Counted from the first letter of the stretch, positions 49,633-63,637 are shown. The stretch: 64,000 bases of DNA from Lama guanicoe (GCA_013239625.1 MU053629.1:1391567-1455566); one strand, 5' to 3'. Notes: generated by a model not told the origin, from the sequence alone. Numbers and translations are program-made.

Positions 49633-52106
49633 CTATTCCCCGGAGAGGGCGTGTGTTCAGCGTGTGCGGACTGGGCACCCCCGGTGGGCCCAACCGGGCC
49701 GAGCACTGCGTGCCTGCTCACCTGCTCCCAGACCCTCTACCTGTCCCTCAGAACTGGCGTGACTGCACATGGCCCACCTTCCTTGCCTGTGACCCTTTGT
49801 CTGAGCTCCTCTCTGTCTGCCTGTGGGACTCAGACACTCCTTCTAGTCCTGGTTCAAATCAATTCAGGAGCCCATTTTCCCTCCCCCCACGACATCCCAG
49901 TCCTCCGGGGCCCTCCCTGCGGCCAGCCCCACCCACTCATACCCCTCATCACACAAGGTTGTGGGCGGTTCCCCTATGCTATGTGGGGTATACCCCGTCT
50001 TCTCATCAGGGTGAGAAGCTCTTGGAGAATGTGTCTAGAGCTTCTTTTGTTTCTATAATTTGTATTTTCTTTTGAAAATAGTTATATCCTGTTGTAAAAG
50101 TTATTTGTGGTAATTGTAAAAAAAAAATAGTTGGACAAGTACAAAGAATGAAGTAAAACTGAGAAGTCCTTTTGTAGGAAGCCAGTAGAAAGGGCAGAGA
50201 ATTTAATCAGGAGACTTGAGTCCTGAATCTCAGCTCCACCACTTCTGTTAATTTTTTTCATCTAAAAAATAAGGCAAATAATGGCTGCTCACATGATTAT
50301 GAAGAGAACTTTAAATAAGCCTGTGTGACTGGGTAGTCAGGAGGGGAATGCCGAGAGGGTGCCGCTAGAGGCTGTCCACACTGTCTGTTTGGAAAAACCC
50401 CTCCAAGGTTGCACAGCAGTGCCTCCTCTATACACAGACCCATCACTGTCTGAGGTTTGTTTCATAAATACTTCTCCACTCTTGGCCAACTCAAAACCAT
50501 CCGCCATAAACAAAACAAAACCAGAGACCCTGAACAGGAGCCACCCCTCGGGGAAGGCCCTGGAGTTATGACTGTACAAGGCCGTCATGCCCAGGGATAA
50601 AGAAGGGACTGGCAGCAAGGGTAGTCTCTACTGACAATAAAGGGAATACCCAGCCAAATTCTGCCAAAAACCAAGCTGTCATGCCTGGTAGGATAGAAAC
50701 CAAAAGCTGTCTGGAAAAAAAAGAGACTGAAGTACAGGGCTGGCTGCTTGGGTGAGGGACAACTGGGGAGAACTATGGGAAGAACATGGGGTTCTAAGAG
50801 ATGAAGAGGAAGTGAAAGAGGAAGAAGGCCTTGTTACCAAGAACGGAACAAAGCCAGGGCAGAGCAGAGCACAGCTGATGGAGAGCGGAAGGTCAACCTG
50901 ACCCTCAGAGGACGGGCTAGCACGAGCCTGGACCCCGCAGCTGAATGTGGCTCTGCCTTGAGTACACCCTTCATTCCTCTGCACTCTGTGAAGGGGTGAC
51001 AGTAATCCCTACGTCACAGAGCAACTAGGGGAGAAACTGCACACGAGGGTGCCGTGAACCACACCTGGCACGCAGGAGCTGATCGATACATTTTTAGTCA
51101 GTTGTTCACTCTGTGCAGATTGAAAAATATTCAAGAACTGGAGATGAGCCTTAAGCCCTGTGTAAACAGCATCACTGACAGGACCCACCCTCACTAAGCT
51201 AAGGGATAGAGTATTCTGATGAGATGTGGCCCAAAGTCAGAGTCAAAGAAGAAACCGGGAGAGAAGGGTGTAGGATATATATGCTCCCAATTAGCACACA
51301 GCCTCAGAGCCCGCATCCAGCTCTTGGGAAGAGCCCAACATGTTCTGCAAATAAGATATTACTGAAGTAGCTATTAAGGACTGTATAATGAAAGCCACCA
51401 TTTTTGGAGACAATATTCATTTCTATGGTCACTCATCATACTCCCATCATTTATTAAATGCTTACTACGTATCAGCATAGAACAAGGATACACAGGTTAT
51501 ATATAGGAACTACATTCTTCATTCAATATCCTACATGCTAATTGAAAAAAAAAGACCAAACTCTGTCGTCTCGTTCTTAGACCACAACAAGGAGTATGTG
51601 ATACCCTGAGGAATTTCTAGGTAACAAAAAAGACCTCTACAGTTACAGACCTGGAGGAAGGTTGGTCTGGAGAGGAGCATTCTCAGCTGAGGGTCAAAGG
51701 ACTGCAGCAGGAGGGGGAAAGGCACTCATGTGGAATTGCCAGACCAGTGTTTAGGGGGTCATTCACATAGACCCTGACTGACCCAGCTCGACTGGGGACC
51801 CCGGGCTGGGGGGAAGTAAGACACAAAGACAAACAGGACTGGGGAAGAGTGAGAAGGTAGGTTCTGAAGGCCTGAGTTGAGACCTTGGCCTCAATCCAAC
51901 CAGTGATTGATTCAGAGCTCACCTAAGGCTCTGAGTAAGGACATAGCAGGTCCTGAGAAATGGCCTGGAAAGTGTCTGAATAGGGGTTGAAATATAGATG
52001 CAAATTAATCAACAGTGAATTCATACGCCAAATAGTAGAAAGCAGACCGCTCTTGTTTGGAGACAAATGCAAACTCACATGCACCTCCCAAAATGTTTCA
52101 ACTCAC

Positions 52107-52259
52107 CTGTCGATCCATTTCATGAAGCCGATACTCAATGGCCCGCTCCACATACTCCTTCCTGTTGGAGAATGTGAGTGGGATACTATTCCCACCAGGG
52201 ATTATAGGAACCATTTTGCCATCAGCGCTCTGGCCAACAAAAGAATCAAGAGGAATCAT
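52107..52259 (-). CDS. HERC1: HERC1 exon (HECT domain)
   Basis: MIPLDSFVGQSADGKMVPIIPGGNSIPLTFSNRKEYVERAIEYRLHEMDRQ; tag acceptor and gtgagt donor. Confidence 0.96.
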
Positions 52260-52766
52260 CTAAGAATACAAGAAAAAAGAATTTACTCCATGACAGAAAT
52301 GACAACAAAAAGTGTGTTTCACACAAATACAGCAAATCAGCAACAAAATCAAAAACTTTAAGGATAAAAACAAGGCAACTGAGAGAGCTGGTCAGGCTAC
52401 TTGATCAGCAGGGAATGTGCTGACTAATCTGGCAGTGATTAAAAACTGAGGTTGAATCCCTCTGGCTCCAAACCAGGTTTGATGAACTCTGGTCACCCCA
52501 GGCCTCCCTCTCCTCCTGGGTTCTCTCTGTCCTGCACTCTACCAGGCAGAGAATGGGATCAAAAGGGAAGGAGCAGAAGCTGGGTCCTGGTGCTGACTCT
52601 ATCTGTTAGCAGCTATTTAAACTGCTGGGGTTGAGCTGCCAAGGACAGCAATGGGCTATGGGCTATGGCGTGGGTCAGCCAGACAGCAAGTGGAAGACCG
52701 CATCTGAGTTTTACACCGAACAATTCTAGTCAACGCCAGCAGTAACACGGATCAGCCAGGATGTAC

Positions 52767-53019
52767 CTCATGGAAACTCTCCTCGGTAATCCCGCTGTCT
52801 TCAATGTGAAGAATGCTGTTGAGGGTCTGCACGTAGAGCAGGTCCACCTCCTCCAGGTCTTCCAGTGTGAGTGGGACGCAGCACAGCTGTTTCCACACCA
52901 GAGGGGCCAAGTGGAGGTCCAGAGGCTTCTTTGTGCGAATGGCAACCCCCATTAAAATGCCCAAGAACTTAAACTGGATTAGGTGCTCATCAAGACAGGC
53001 AGAGGGGTTAAAAAGGAAC
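52767..53019 (-). CDS. HERC1: HERC1 exon (HECT domain)
   Basis: FLFNPSACLDEHLIQFKFLGILMGVAIRTKKPLDLHLAPLVWKQL...EESFHE; cag acceptor and gtacat donor. Confidence 0.96.
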
Positions 53020-53109
53020 CTGCAGAATTAAAGGAAATATTTCAAACAAAGTTGTCCTCATTTCTGTTAGAAGTAAGTTATCAAACAGCTATAGCATTAG
53101 TCATTAGTT

Positions 53110-53236
53110 ACTTAACTTAGTGGGGCTACTTAACTTAGTGGAATGAAATTTAAAATTCAGTTCTTCAGCTCCTCTAACCACATTTCAAGTGCTCAACAGC
53201 CACATGTGGCCTGTGGCTATTGTTTTGTACAGCACA
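53110..53236. mobile_element. MER3/MER33-like remnant
   Basis: aaaattcagttcttcag...ccacatttcaagtgctcaacagccacatgtggc. Confidence 0.65.
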
Positions 53237-53639
53237 GGGACTATAGTTTGAATTATTTTTGGAAGAACCAAAAAAGGATAAGTGAAAGATCTATTACTTT
53301 TTAAGCTGTCTGCTCAAGGATGCCCTATTTCCTCAAATCATCGCATTTATCATTCACAAGTCCATGAAGCAGGATTCAAAATAAAAAAAAATTAGACAAA
53401 TATAGGAATAATACACAATTACAAATATGAAGTACTATGATACAGCATATCAAAGCTTTTTAATGAATTTTAATTCATTGAGGGGCGGCCATGTAGGCCT
53501 TCAGAAACACAAAACAAATCTGGTTTCATTACCAAGTCTGAGTTTCCTCTACCTCTCTATATTATGCTTGAGTTGGTCCCATAATAAACAACAAGTCATG
53601 ATGGAAGTGCTTCAGCTTCCTACCTGTAGGAGATCTGTG

Positions 53640-53760
53640 AAAAGGGAGTAATTACAGTTCCTATTCCTTAGAGTTAGTGAGGATTCAATGGGATAATACA
53701 CGCAAAGCCTTTAGAACAGTGCCTGGCATGCTGTAAGCACTCAATAAATGTATTATTGCA
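53640..53760. mobile_element. MIR remnant
   Basis: gtgaggattcaatgggataat...tttagaacagtgcctggcatgctgtaagcactcaataaatg. Confidence 0.75.
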
Positions 53761-53786
53761 GGCAGTCACCTGCTGACTGCCCTTAC

Positions 53787-53863
53787 CTGTCCCTATTGTA
53801 ACCCACTTCTGCAGTAGCATTGGGAGAGGGTATAAGAAGGTCAACAATACCAGTTTCAAGTTC
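53787..53863 (-). CDS. HERC1: HERC1 exon (HECT domain)
   Basis: ELETGIVDLLIPSPNATAEVGYNRD(R); cag acceptor and gtaagg donor; phases fit both neighbours. Confidence 0.94.
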
Positions 53864-54668
53864 CTGGAGAAGAAAGAAAAACATTTTTTTTTTAGAAATG
53901 ACAAATGCATCAAGAAAATGAACCAATTACATTAAAGATCATACTGAAAAGACATATTGAAGAATTTGTAATGCTATATGACAACCAGCTATCTCTACAG
54001 TCATTTCTGTGGTTGTAATTTGAAACGACTTTAGGAACTTCTCCATGTAGAAAATATCCTGCAGTATGTAGAGCTACGATGAAAAAGTAAATCTAGGCAG
54101 GAGCTGGGGTATCTGTGAGCAGGGTAGAGTGATATTCAAATAAACTTAATAAATGACAGTCAAGTATTATTTCAGTCACAGGGTTTATAAGAAAACTCTT
54201 GCTACCAGGCAAAGCTGGAAGGGTCAGAGCTGATCTGTGGAAGCAAAGCTGCCAGTGCAGATCTTAAAATATGAACTGGTTCAAACTCTTAAGATTTATT
54301 TTTCTCATTTTCCTGGCAGTTCTACTTTATTCTAAAAGCACCAAAATAAATTGGAGCACTTGGGTGGTCCTGGATTTGTCTGTTAAATAAATGCAAACAT
54401 GTGGTGTTGCTGGTTCCTCTGCCAGTGTTATGTAGCACAGCAGATGGTCACTGGTAGATGGCACTTATTCAGTAAGGTATCGTCACAAAGTTTCACAGAC
54501 TCTAGCAGTAATTCACCTCTACATCATTAACAGTATGACTTCATGCAAGGCTCACAAATGCATTCTTGCTTACATTTATAAAGACATGCCAGACAGAGTA
54601 ATCACTGAAAACAGTAAAATGGCCAGTGCTTGAGTGGACAACTCAGCAGGGACACTGCATGAATGTAC

Positions 54669-54834
54669 CTGGCACATCTCTGTGATCGTGTCATCAAACA
54701 CTCCTCCAGCGTCATCAGCCCCTTCTCCAACCAGCTTAACCTTCCACGCTCGGGAGGGCAGGCGGAGGTCTGATGCATTCAGTTTAACTACTTGTCTCGC
54801 TATCTGAACAAAGATGGGCTTACACTTCCGTCCT
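54669..54834 (-). CDS. HERC1: HERC1 exon (start of the HECT domain)
   Basis: GRKCKPIFVQIARQVVKLNASDLRLPSRAWKVKLVGEGADDAGGVFDDTITEMCQ; aag acceptor and gtacat donor. Confidence 0.95.
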
Positions 54835-55094
54835 CTTTAAAAGAAAGGGAAAACGGAGTGAAATACAACTCTTCCAAACCACAAAAGTCGCTTGAAAACA
54901 TTTTCGCATCAATGAACGAACAGGCCAGCTTAACAACAGCCAAACACTGTGCGAGGCCCACTGTAACCACACTGGGTACTGATGTAAATACTGTTACTAT
55001 CCTACGTTACAAGCGAGGAAACTAAGGCTCACAGGAATTAGTAATAACATCCACCTAAAAAATGCTAGTTAGAAATACATATGCATATGCTAAC

Positions 55095-55264
55095 CTGGTT
55101 GATATCCTCTTTACAGTAATTTGAGGTCCATAGTTTTTGCCTTGAACCATGGTTTTTCCTATAGAGCGCACCATCGGGAGGGTGTAGACTCTTGGAGCTA
55201 ACAGAGGCCGAAGCTGTCCCTGCACAATGCCCCACGTTCCAGCATTATAATGAGACGTACTGTT
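55095..55264 (-). CDS. HERC1: HERC1 exon
   Basis: NSTSHYNAGTWGIVQGQLRPLLAPRVYTLPMVRSIGKTMVQGKNYGPQITVKRIST(R); cag acceptor and gttagc donor. Confidence 0.95.
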
Positions 55265-56327
55265 CTGTAACAGAAAGTTAGCTTAGCAGAGACGGTTCAA
55301 GCTAAGGCTTAAAAGAAATAACACTTCTCAGTTTTAGAAATGTACTTTAAAAGCGTAAACCTGAGTATTAGTCATTATCAGCAACTTTTTCAAAATATTC
55401 TTTTCTGATAAAACATAATTATCAAAAACTTAGAAAATACAGAAAAGGACATACCCACAAGCACACAAATAAAATCATCCATAATCCTACCATATGGAGA
55501 CGGCCCCATGAACACTTTCATCTATTTCCTTCCAGTTTCCTTCCTTTTCACATTTTGTTCAGCTCATACAATTTATACGATTTTCTGCTGCTTTTCTCAC
55601 TTCACTTTATATCATAACATTTCTCCCACTCATTACCAACAGTTTTCTAATGCTCTGTTTAGTGCTTCACAGTATTCTGTAGCTTGGTTGATTATATAAT
55701 TCTAACAATGATTTGCCAAATCTCTCATATGCTCATGACTGGTTACCCAAAGGATTCTTGACTGACAGATTTACAAACTAATATACATTGTGGCAGGCAT
55801 GTCTACACATTAAACAAACAAACTTAACACAGCCAGCTTGCCTTCTTCCTAAATTACTCGACTGTTCTATAAAGGCAATCAAATAGCCAAATTTACTTTA
55901 TCTGCCCCACCTACCCCTCCACCGGGTATGCTTATTTGTAAGGAGAGCAAGAAGTCTCCTAAATTTCTCAGACCCATTCATATAACCACCATGACTGTGG
56001 TGCTAACATCTTTCTGTGCTTAAGTTTTAAAATCATATACTAGATTTTGTAGAGAATACATGCTTAGCCATTCATACTTCCTTGAACTTTGGATAAAACA
56101 AAACACAGAAGGAAGACCACTCTGTGCCCAAGAGCATGACTACCTGTATCTGGACTGCCCTTAAATCAGCAATAAAATGGGAACAGAACTGCTGCCCCTT
56201 CTACATCTCTTGAGAGCTGAGGGTTAAAAGCATTACCCATGGAAGAATTTTCTGAAGGCTAAGAAAAAGGCCCTGGGACCTAGCGAGCATGCCACGGGCA
56301 CTGCTTCTTCCCACGCCAGCATGTTAC

Positions 56328-56497
56328 CTGGTTGTTGGGGCTGAGGTTCAGGAGCCTCCAGGACGAGTACATGAGGTCAGAGAAGTGGTAAAGCAGCCGG
56401 AGCCTGGCCCTCGCGGTGTGAATGCTCACCTCCCTCAGGGCCCCGTACTGGGGTGGCACTGCGTCGGGCAGGCCCAGCTGCAGGGGTACGGACACAC
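56328..56497 (-). CDS. HERC1: HERC1 exon
   Basis: VSVPLQLGLPDAVPPQYGALREVSIHTARARLRLLYHFSDLMYSSWRLLNLSPNNQ; cag acceptor and gtaaca donor. Confidence 0.95.
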
Positions 56498-57219
56498 CTG
56501 CCCAGGATGCAAATGCACACTTGTAAAGGAAAATGCATTGTTTTCATTTGTAGTGTTTTGAAAAATTTCAAACGTACACAGAAGTTGAGATAAGTGTACA
56601 ATGAATACCGATTCCAACCACCTAAATCTGATAATCAATATTTTGCTATATTTGCTTTATCATGTATTTAACAATTCCTCTATCCATCAATTCACTTTAA
56701 TTTTTTGATGTACTTGTGCTGGTCTTTAAAAACATCTTTTTATTTATCATTATGAAAATTTGTTTCTTCCTCCTTTAATTTAGTTTCCCATTTAACACTG
56801 AGACTTAAACAGTTCCTTCACAAAAAAACAAAAACAAAAACAAAACAAATTCTTTCTTTCATATTCAGTAACTGTTATCTTCATAATAACACAAGATGTG
56901 GGCCAGGACTAAGTAGGCAGTTCTGGAAAGTGGAAATGGGTAATTCAGCAGAGCCACCTCCCACACTCTCCAGGGATCTGACAGAAAGTGACCATGACAC
57001 AATGAAAGATACAGGCTAGGATTCATGGAGGTTTTCTACTACTTTTTATAGAGCATAAGAGCTCTATAAAAGCACAGACTACAAGGACAGTACTGGTGGT
57101 TATCCTCTTATACAAATGCACAAAAGACTAAGAATGAGATACTCAACTTATTTGAGTTTCCTGTAAGTAAAGCTTCATACAGCTTAATTCTCAGAGGCGT
57201 TTTCCTACTATTAACAAAA

Positions 57220-57450
57220 GCTAACACTTGCTGAGCACTTTTGTGTGCCTGGCATTGTTCTAAGAGCTTCACATGAATTGGTTCATTCACTCCTATAGCT
57301 CTTTACATACAATAGGTGCTATTATTACCCTCCTTTTACAGACAAGGAAACTGAGTCGCAAGGTCACTCAGCTCAAAGTGGAGGAGCCAGGATTCAACCT
57401 GGGTAATGTGGTTCCAGAGTCTGAACCTTTAGCCCCCACGCTGTATGGTC
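57220..57450. mobile_element. MIR remnant (reverse orientation)
   Basis: tgtgcctggcattgttctaagagcttcac...ttttacagacaaggaaactgag...ggagccaggattcaacct. Confidence 0.75.
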
Positions 57451-58491
57451 TTTGTCCTGAAGCAGAAGAGGAAAGCCCACTGGAAGCTGAAGAGGCCCCT
57501 GAGTACCTGAAACTGTCAGTACACGGGCAGCGCTGATCATTCTGGGTACTGTTAACCAGAAACCATCTCCTGCTTGTTTGAAATCTACTTGGCAGTCCTA
57601 CCTCACTCTCTTATGGTATCTAAGAGAAAATAATCTCCATAGGGAGTGCTTCCCAAAGACCCCTCTAAGAAATAGAGAGGTTCCCAAAAAGGGATGAGAA
57701 TGCTGAGCTCCCAGGCACAAGGTCACTTCAGGGACGTTCTAGTGCCTCAGATGCCAGAGGATGGTTTTAGAAAGAGCTTGAGGGTCTGGGGAAGAAATAG
57801 CCCAAATATGAAGAAATGCATTAAGAATGATAAATATCACACTTAAGGCAATGGTTACGTTTGTGGGGAACAGAAGATGGATCCAGTTGCTGAGTAGGGT
57901 GTTAAGTACACAAATATGCATTTTATTTTCTTTATTTTGTTGTAGATCTATAAGGATTTCATGATAAACTAAAAAGCAAAACACACAATACATAGAAACA
58001 GCCAATCAGTCCTGCCACACCCTGGAGTAAAATGGTAGCAGTCTGGTTTTTTTTTTTCCCTCTGTCAACGTACAGACAACATCATGTTTCAATCGGTTGA
58101 CTGGGGTGAAGAATTTGACAAGCGATCTCAGGGCTTTTCACCTTTATTCCTAACATCATGTCTTAGAAAGCTACAACTCATCACTTTTATATATAAAAAA
58201 ATACTTAGTTATACTTAATTGGTGCTCTAAAACTATACATTTTGCTTGCCTAAATGGTGTTTTTCTTTTTTGGGGGGAGCAGAGAGGGATTGCTTTGTAA
58301 TGAAACCTGCAGGAGAATCATCTGCTCTGAAAGTGTTCACAGAGCTGCAGCACAGAGTGCTTTGGTTGTGTGGGGGAAGGTTTGATACTTTCAGAATGGT
58401 GCCTGGATGCAGCCTGAGGCTGTCAGGCAGAGCGTGCAGCTGGCGACTGCTGAAGGAGAAGCTGCAGGAGCGTGGACATTTCACCCCTCAC

Positions 58492-58630
58492 CTGGTGCTC
58501 TTGGCGGGACAGGCGGCGCTGTCCATGCAGCACTGTGGCAGCGGCCAGCCGAGATCTGCCGAACATTTTTCCCCTGCAGAACTGTTACCAGGGTTGGTTC
58601 TCGAACATGGTTGGTGTGGCCTAAGCCAAG
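58492..58630 (-). CDS. HERC1: HERC1 exon (end of RCC1-like domain 2)
   Basis: LGLGHTNHVREPTLVTVLQGKNVRQISAGRCHSAAWTAPPVPPRAP; cag acceptor and gtgagg donor. Confidence 0.95.
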
Positions 58631-60009
58631 CTGGGAATAAATTACAAATACACAGATTCAATTAGAAAGAGGAAGAGAGGAAGACAAGATGATAAGATTT
58701 GTCTTCGATGGTAGCAGATATAAATAAGTTACTATCTGTATCAAGCAACAGCAACAAAATGATGAAATTAATTCTGATTTTCTCTAACAGAAAGATCCTC
58801 ACAGCTTATAGTGTCTCCTAAAAACTGAGCGGCAACAAGGCCGAATTTAGCAGAGGAGTCTTATTGAATGAAAATATCTTTGGATTCCACTTCTGGAGAG
58901 GAAATAAATTCTTGGAAATTTAAAAAAAAATTTCAGAGTGATCTATAGAGCTTTCCCTTAAAATGCATTGGTTTCTTGATTTTCAACATCAATTGCCTAT
59001 GTAACAATACATACACAATCATAAAAACATACACAGAAGCAGATTCTCATCTCCAGATCTCTGTTCTTAGAGTCTGATTGGGACACCCAGTGTTTTAGAG
59101 GCTGACCACCTCAGTGTCATCAGGGAGGATCTTGTCAAGGCCCTACCAGGGACCTCCCAAAGGTGTCTTCAACATCAGCTCTCTCCTCATTAAGACAATG
59201 TGCAACCACAATGATGAACGGATTTCTCATCCGTTAATATAGTGATAAGGAGACCACAGAGCCAAATGAGGCTACTATGAATGATACTGGACCTGGAACT
59301 TGCAGGCCCCTGGCTCTAGGGGAAGCCAGATGCAGAGGAGATTTATGGAGGAAAGAGATGTGGCTCTGCACATGGACTTGAAAGCCACGGTCATAGCAGA
59401 CACCTCAGACATCCCCCACCAAAGTGTCTCCCTCTGCCATATACATATACAGGACAGGCTGACCACATCAACCTCTTGAGTCTTTTCTCCACCTCTTAGA
59501 GGCTCAGTTTGCTCCTCTGCATAATGTGGGTGACAAGACTTCCTGCCCAAACACAAACATACTTTGCACACTGTTATATTATAAAATATAAAAGTATTGT
59601 TGTTTCATTTTTTCCATTTTCCAGATCAACTGATGTTCCTAGGACCTAACCTCATGTATTATCCTAGTGAAAACAATGATAATGATGACAGTAGCAAATA
59701 CTTACATGTGCCACTTACTATGTGCCAGGCACTTACCAGTGCGTGTACACACACGCATACACTCATTAATTCCCTTATCCACTTTGTTATATTGTCACAT
59801 TTTTTAAAAAACCATGATATAACACCTTCTTGGCCACAATCAAGAGAGAGACAAGCATAACTAGCCTCAAAACAATCAACAAAATGGCAGTGACGTGCGT
59901 GAGGCATCTGGGTCGGAATTATGAGTCTCCTCCCTTATCCCTTTGCCAAAGGAGGAATGTGGTCAGATTTCTAGAACACGAGAGAGCAGCGAGCGAGATA
60001 AATAGCTAC

Positions 60010-60179
60010 CTGCCCTTCTGAGTTGCTCCCCCAGGCATACACATCTCCAGTCGATGCCAAAGCAAGTGTGTGCTCAGCTCCAACTGCCACGTCTTCGATG
60101 ACCACTCCAGCCAGGACAGGGATTTGCTGCGGTCGATTGTGGTTGCGAGCACGCCCCTCTGGCAAGCCTATCAAACGAT
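60010..60179 (-). CDS. HERC1: HERC1 exon (RCC1 repeat)
   Basis: RLIGLPEGRARNHNRPQQIPVLAGVVIEDVAVGAEHTLALASTGDVYAWGSNSEGQ; cag acceptor and gtagct donor. Confidence 0.96.
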
Positions 60180-60699
60180 CTGAAAAAAATAGCAGGAGGA
60201 CATTTATGGATGGTACCCCACAGTCCTTTTATGTTTCCTAACGAGTCGTTTAATGTCTACAGTGGTATGCCAGTGGTGTATATAACTCACTGGGGCAAAA
60301 GCTGCTCTTCTGGGAAGGTATACTGGATTCTGAGTGAATAAAGTTTGAACCTATTTCTCTGCAAAATGTCAGCCTCCTTATTTATAAATATTAATGAAAT
60401 TAAATTTTAAGTTAGTAGCTTATTTCAAACCAAAAGGCACCTCTAGCATCCTAATGCTCGAGAGGACTGGCATTCAGTTCACCAAGGCCCTAAAGTTCTT
60501 GCATTCTAAGATAAGACATCATTCAACCTGTCTTGTCCTCAACTTCCTAGCCAACATCACTACTTACCTTTGCTGCCAAACTTCTAGAAAGTGCAGGCCA
60601 GCCCCTGCTGCTCCACATACTGCAGACCTGTTTGGCTTGGCCTTCTGCAGCCGAACTTCCCCTCTTATCACTGCACTGAAACTGTACTCTCAGAAGTCA

Positions 60700-61260
60700 T
60701 GAGTAGCTCCTAGCTGCCCACTACAGCAGCCTCTTCTCCGGCTCCAGCCCACAGAGCTCCATCTCACCTTCTGATAATGTGGCCTTGCAACTTGTGCCCC
60801 TCAGAGACTCTGCCCTATCCTGGCTCACCGGCTACCTCTCTCTCCATCTTTTTAAAGTCATCTCTCCCAAGTCCTCTTCCTGTGCTCACCTGCCCTTTGC
60901 TCACATTTTTAAGAGTCCTATCCTTTACTTTTTTCATTCCACACTCTCTCCCTGGATTTCTTAGAGCCTATTAACATGGCTTTAACTACTACTATTATGC
61001 ATCATGCAAACCTATATCTCCATAACCAATCACTTTGGAGTTCCAGATCCAAACCCCTAGTAACTTGCCATTCATGTATCTAGAGTAAATGGCTCCAATT
61101 CAATATAACTAAAACTAAGCTCCTTACCTCTTTCTCCCAAACCAACTCACTGTCCTCAGTCAGTGGCATCAATGTTCTTCCAAGACTAGAAACTTCAATA
61201 ATGACTTACTTCTTCCTCACATCTGCCTCACATACTCCTTAGTCACTACGATTCGCCAAG
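60700..61260 (+). mobile_element. L2 remnant
   Basis: catggctttaactactact..., aactaaaactaagctcctt, cagtcagtggcatca; pyrimidine-rich. Confidence 0.5.
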
Positions 61261-61706
61261 AAGTCCCACTTATGAGATGAATATATTGCCATGGATTATG
61301 AATTTACTCAAGATTTGAATCCGGAATGCCTATGAATTCCTAAGACCTGAACCCCCAGTCCCCATGAGGGCTGGGAAGTGAGGCAGGACTGGAGGAGACA
61401 GTGTCTGTGGCAGCATGGCAGAGGTAGCCGAGAGGAGGAGGGGCAGGGCTCTGGCAGGGACTCTTCTAGCAAGAATGAAGGCTCTGGCATGAGGGGCCAT
61501 CAATGGGGAGGAGAGTCTGTCCGTATGACAAATATCATGAAAGAGGAGCAGAAAAGCAGCTAATGAATGAAGGTCATAGTGGCCAATCATCATCCAGAAT
61601 GAAAAATGACTCAATTTAGCACACTTTCTATAAAACTGGAAAGCAAGTATTTCCATAATACATGTGTACACAAAACAAGCAATGTAATGCCTGGAAAATG
61701 CCTTAC

Positions 61707-61809
61707 CTTGACCAAAGGTATACACATGACCGTCTTTGGTCAATGCAACAGAAAACTGGGTTCCACAAGCAACCTTTTTTATTCCAATTCCACAAAGGAC
61801 ATCAACTTT
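61707..61809 (-). CDS. HERC1: HERC1 exon (RCC1 repeat)
   Basis: [34 protein letters not shown]; cag acceptor and gtaagg donor. Confidence 0.96.
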
Positions 61810-62835
61810 CTGCAAAATAAAAGTATAAGACACATACTTTGATTCTGCCTACTGGCATGTATAAACTCAAAGAGTATCTTCCAGTAAAAATACTAATATA
61901 ATTGCCTACCTGTTTCTAGCCAAATCTACACTCCTAAATGTTATTTTCTTGTATCGCTCTGCAAACTACTTGAATTTGGGGGAGCACTGCTAAGAGGGCA
62001 GGGGTGTTTGACTAATATCCCCAGGACCCCATGTGAAGGGGAAGCATTCCTCTGGGTAACAGAGACCAAAGAGAATCCTGTGGCCTTTTAAAGAACACTG
62101 CAAGACCATTAAAGCCATGGGCTGCACCCAGTTACTTTTCCGGCTTTCAGAGCTGACAATAACTGCTTTACATGTTCCCCAGAGAGGGCTTCCTTGCTGT
62201 ATGTATCCCTAGCTGATATTCACCAGTCTAGCTATCAAGATGTCACAGAATAGATATGACAGTGAATATGGAGTCGAATAAAAATTGGGTATTTGTAAAT
62301 TATGCTGCTTGTTAAATGTGTTAAAAACCCACATAGGAGAATTGCACAGGAAGTCTTCTAAAGAGCCAAGAAACCTATAATGTGAATAAAAGCCTCTAAT
62401 TTATTTGTTTATACACATGGATTTCCTAATACTTTTAAAAAGGAGGTGCATACCTGTATAATTCCGCAGTAATAATAAGCTGAAATGGCAGCTGCAAGTA
62501 TAGAGTTACAAAAGATTGTTCATGGTTCCCCCCAAGACACCCTGGAGATATGTCTGTAACTACACTTTCTCTACATGGGAGGTAGTCTTACACTGTTCAG
62601 CCTGTGACAAAGACAGCGGCTTGTCCTTGCAGAAAGTTTATATCCAGTTCAGTAATTAACAGCTTATTTAAAATCAAGATCTAGAATGCTGGAAACTTAA
62701 GAATAAGCAAAGAAAGTTTCTAAACTTCATTATAAATGACCAAAAATGTTAAAGGTAAATTACTTCCAACTAAAAAGAAGGAGTGACAGATGAAAACTAT
62801 ACCGTCTGAAACCCTAGATTAAAGACAGTACTGAC

Positions 62836-62958
62836 CTGAGGTGAAGATTTTGCAGTGGAATTTCCTAAGCCTAGTTTTCCGTAGTCCCCATCTCCAAACG
62901 CCCACACCATGGAGCCATCTGCTGACACCGCCAAAGTGTGGTTTAAGCCACAAGCCAC
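62836..62958 (-). CDS. HERC1: HERC1 exon (RCC1 repeat)
   Basis: VACGLNHTLAVSADGSMVWAFGDGDYGKLGLGNSTAKSSPQ; cag acceptor and gtcagt donor. Confidence 0.96.
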
Positions 62959-63637
62959 CTGGAGAAATAACAGGGTGGTCCATGAGGCAAATCACAATAC
63001 CTAAAACACATGCCTATAACTGGGACAATTTTCCTCCACTTCAGTGAAAAACTTGGCTATGTTTCCAAAACTTTTTATTAGTTTCAGGGCCTTCTATATA
63101 TGTTAACCAAAATGTGTCAAGAAGAAAAAGTTCCTAATGTCTACAAACAAAAAACACATTTTTTTCCTTCAAAGTAAAATCCTTCCCTGTGGCTAACTCT
63201 GAATCAGAGAACACAAAAGATAGGAAAAAGTACCTATGATTAAAAAAATACTCATTCATACCAAAAACAGTCTAAGGGATGCTATAGTAAAAGATAAAAG
63301 TATCTTGTTTCATCTCCCTGTTAAGATATCATCTCAATGGGTACAAGACAGGGACAAATACTGCTTAAGAGCAGTATCTACTAATGCTGCAATTCAGCCA
63401 TCTACTTCCAGGCTCCAGAATAGGAGTTAGAAAACCTGTATTGTGTAAGGCTTTATAACAAGTTATATCCTGAAGGGGACTCTGAATATTCACATCCTGA
63501 ATTAAGACATTCATCTGTTTATCAATTATCAATTAGGCCAAACAAAATGCACATCAGGTTAAGTATAACTGGTGATTCTGGTCTTCCTAAAGGACGGTGT
63601 CTAAGTGCACACAGAGGAATTAAGAAAACTATGATCA

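Noticed and set aside
49450..50058. 202-aa plus-strand ORF
   Set aside because: Antisense to a HERC1 exon and runs into intron sequence; no independent coding evidence
54436..54466. Tandem CTCF-like motifs (cagcagatggtcac, ctggtagatggcac)
   Set aside because: Each has mismatches at core positions; too weak without data
54669..54803. Shorter HERC1 exon using the internal CAG at 54804-54806
   Set aside because: The phase does not fit the upstream exon; the acceptor at 54835 restores RGRKCKPIFVQ
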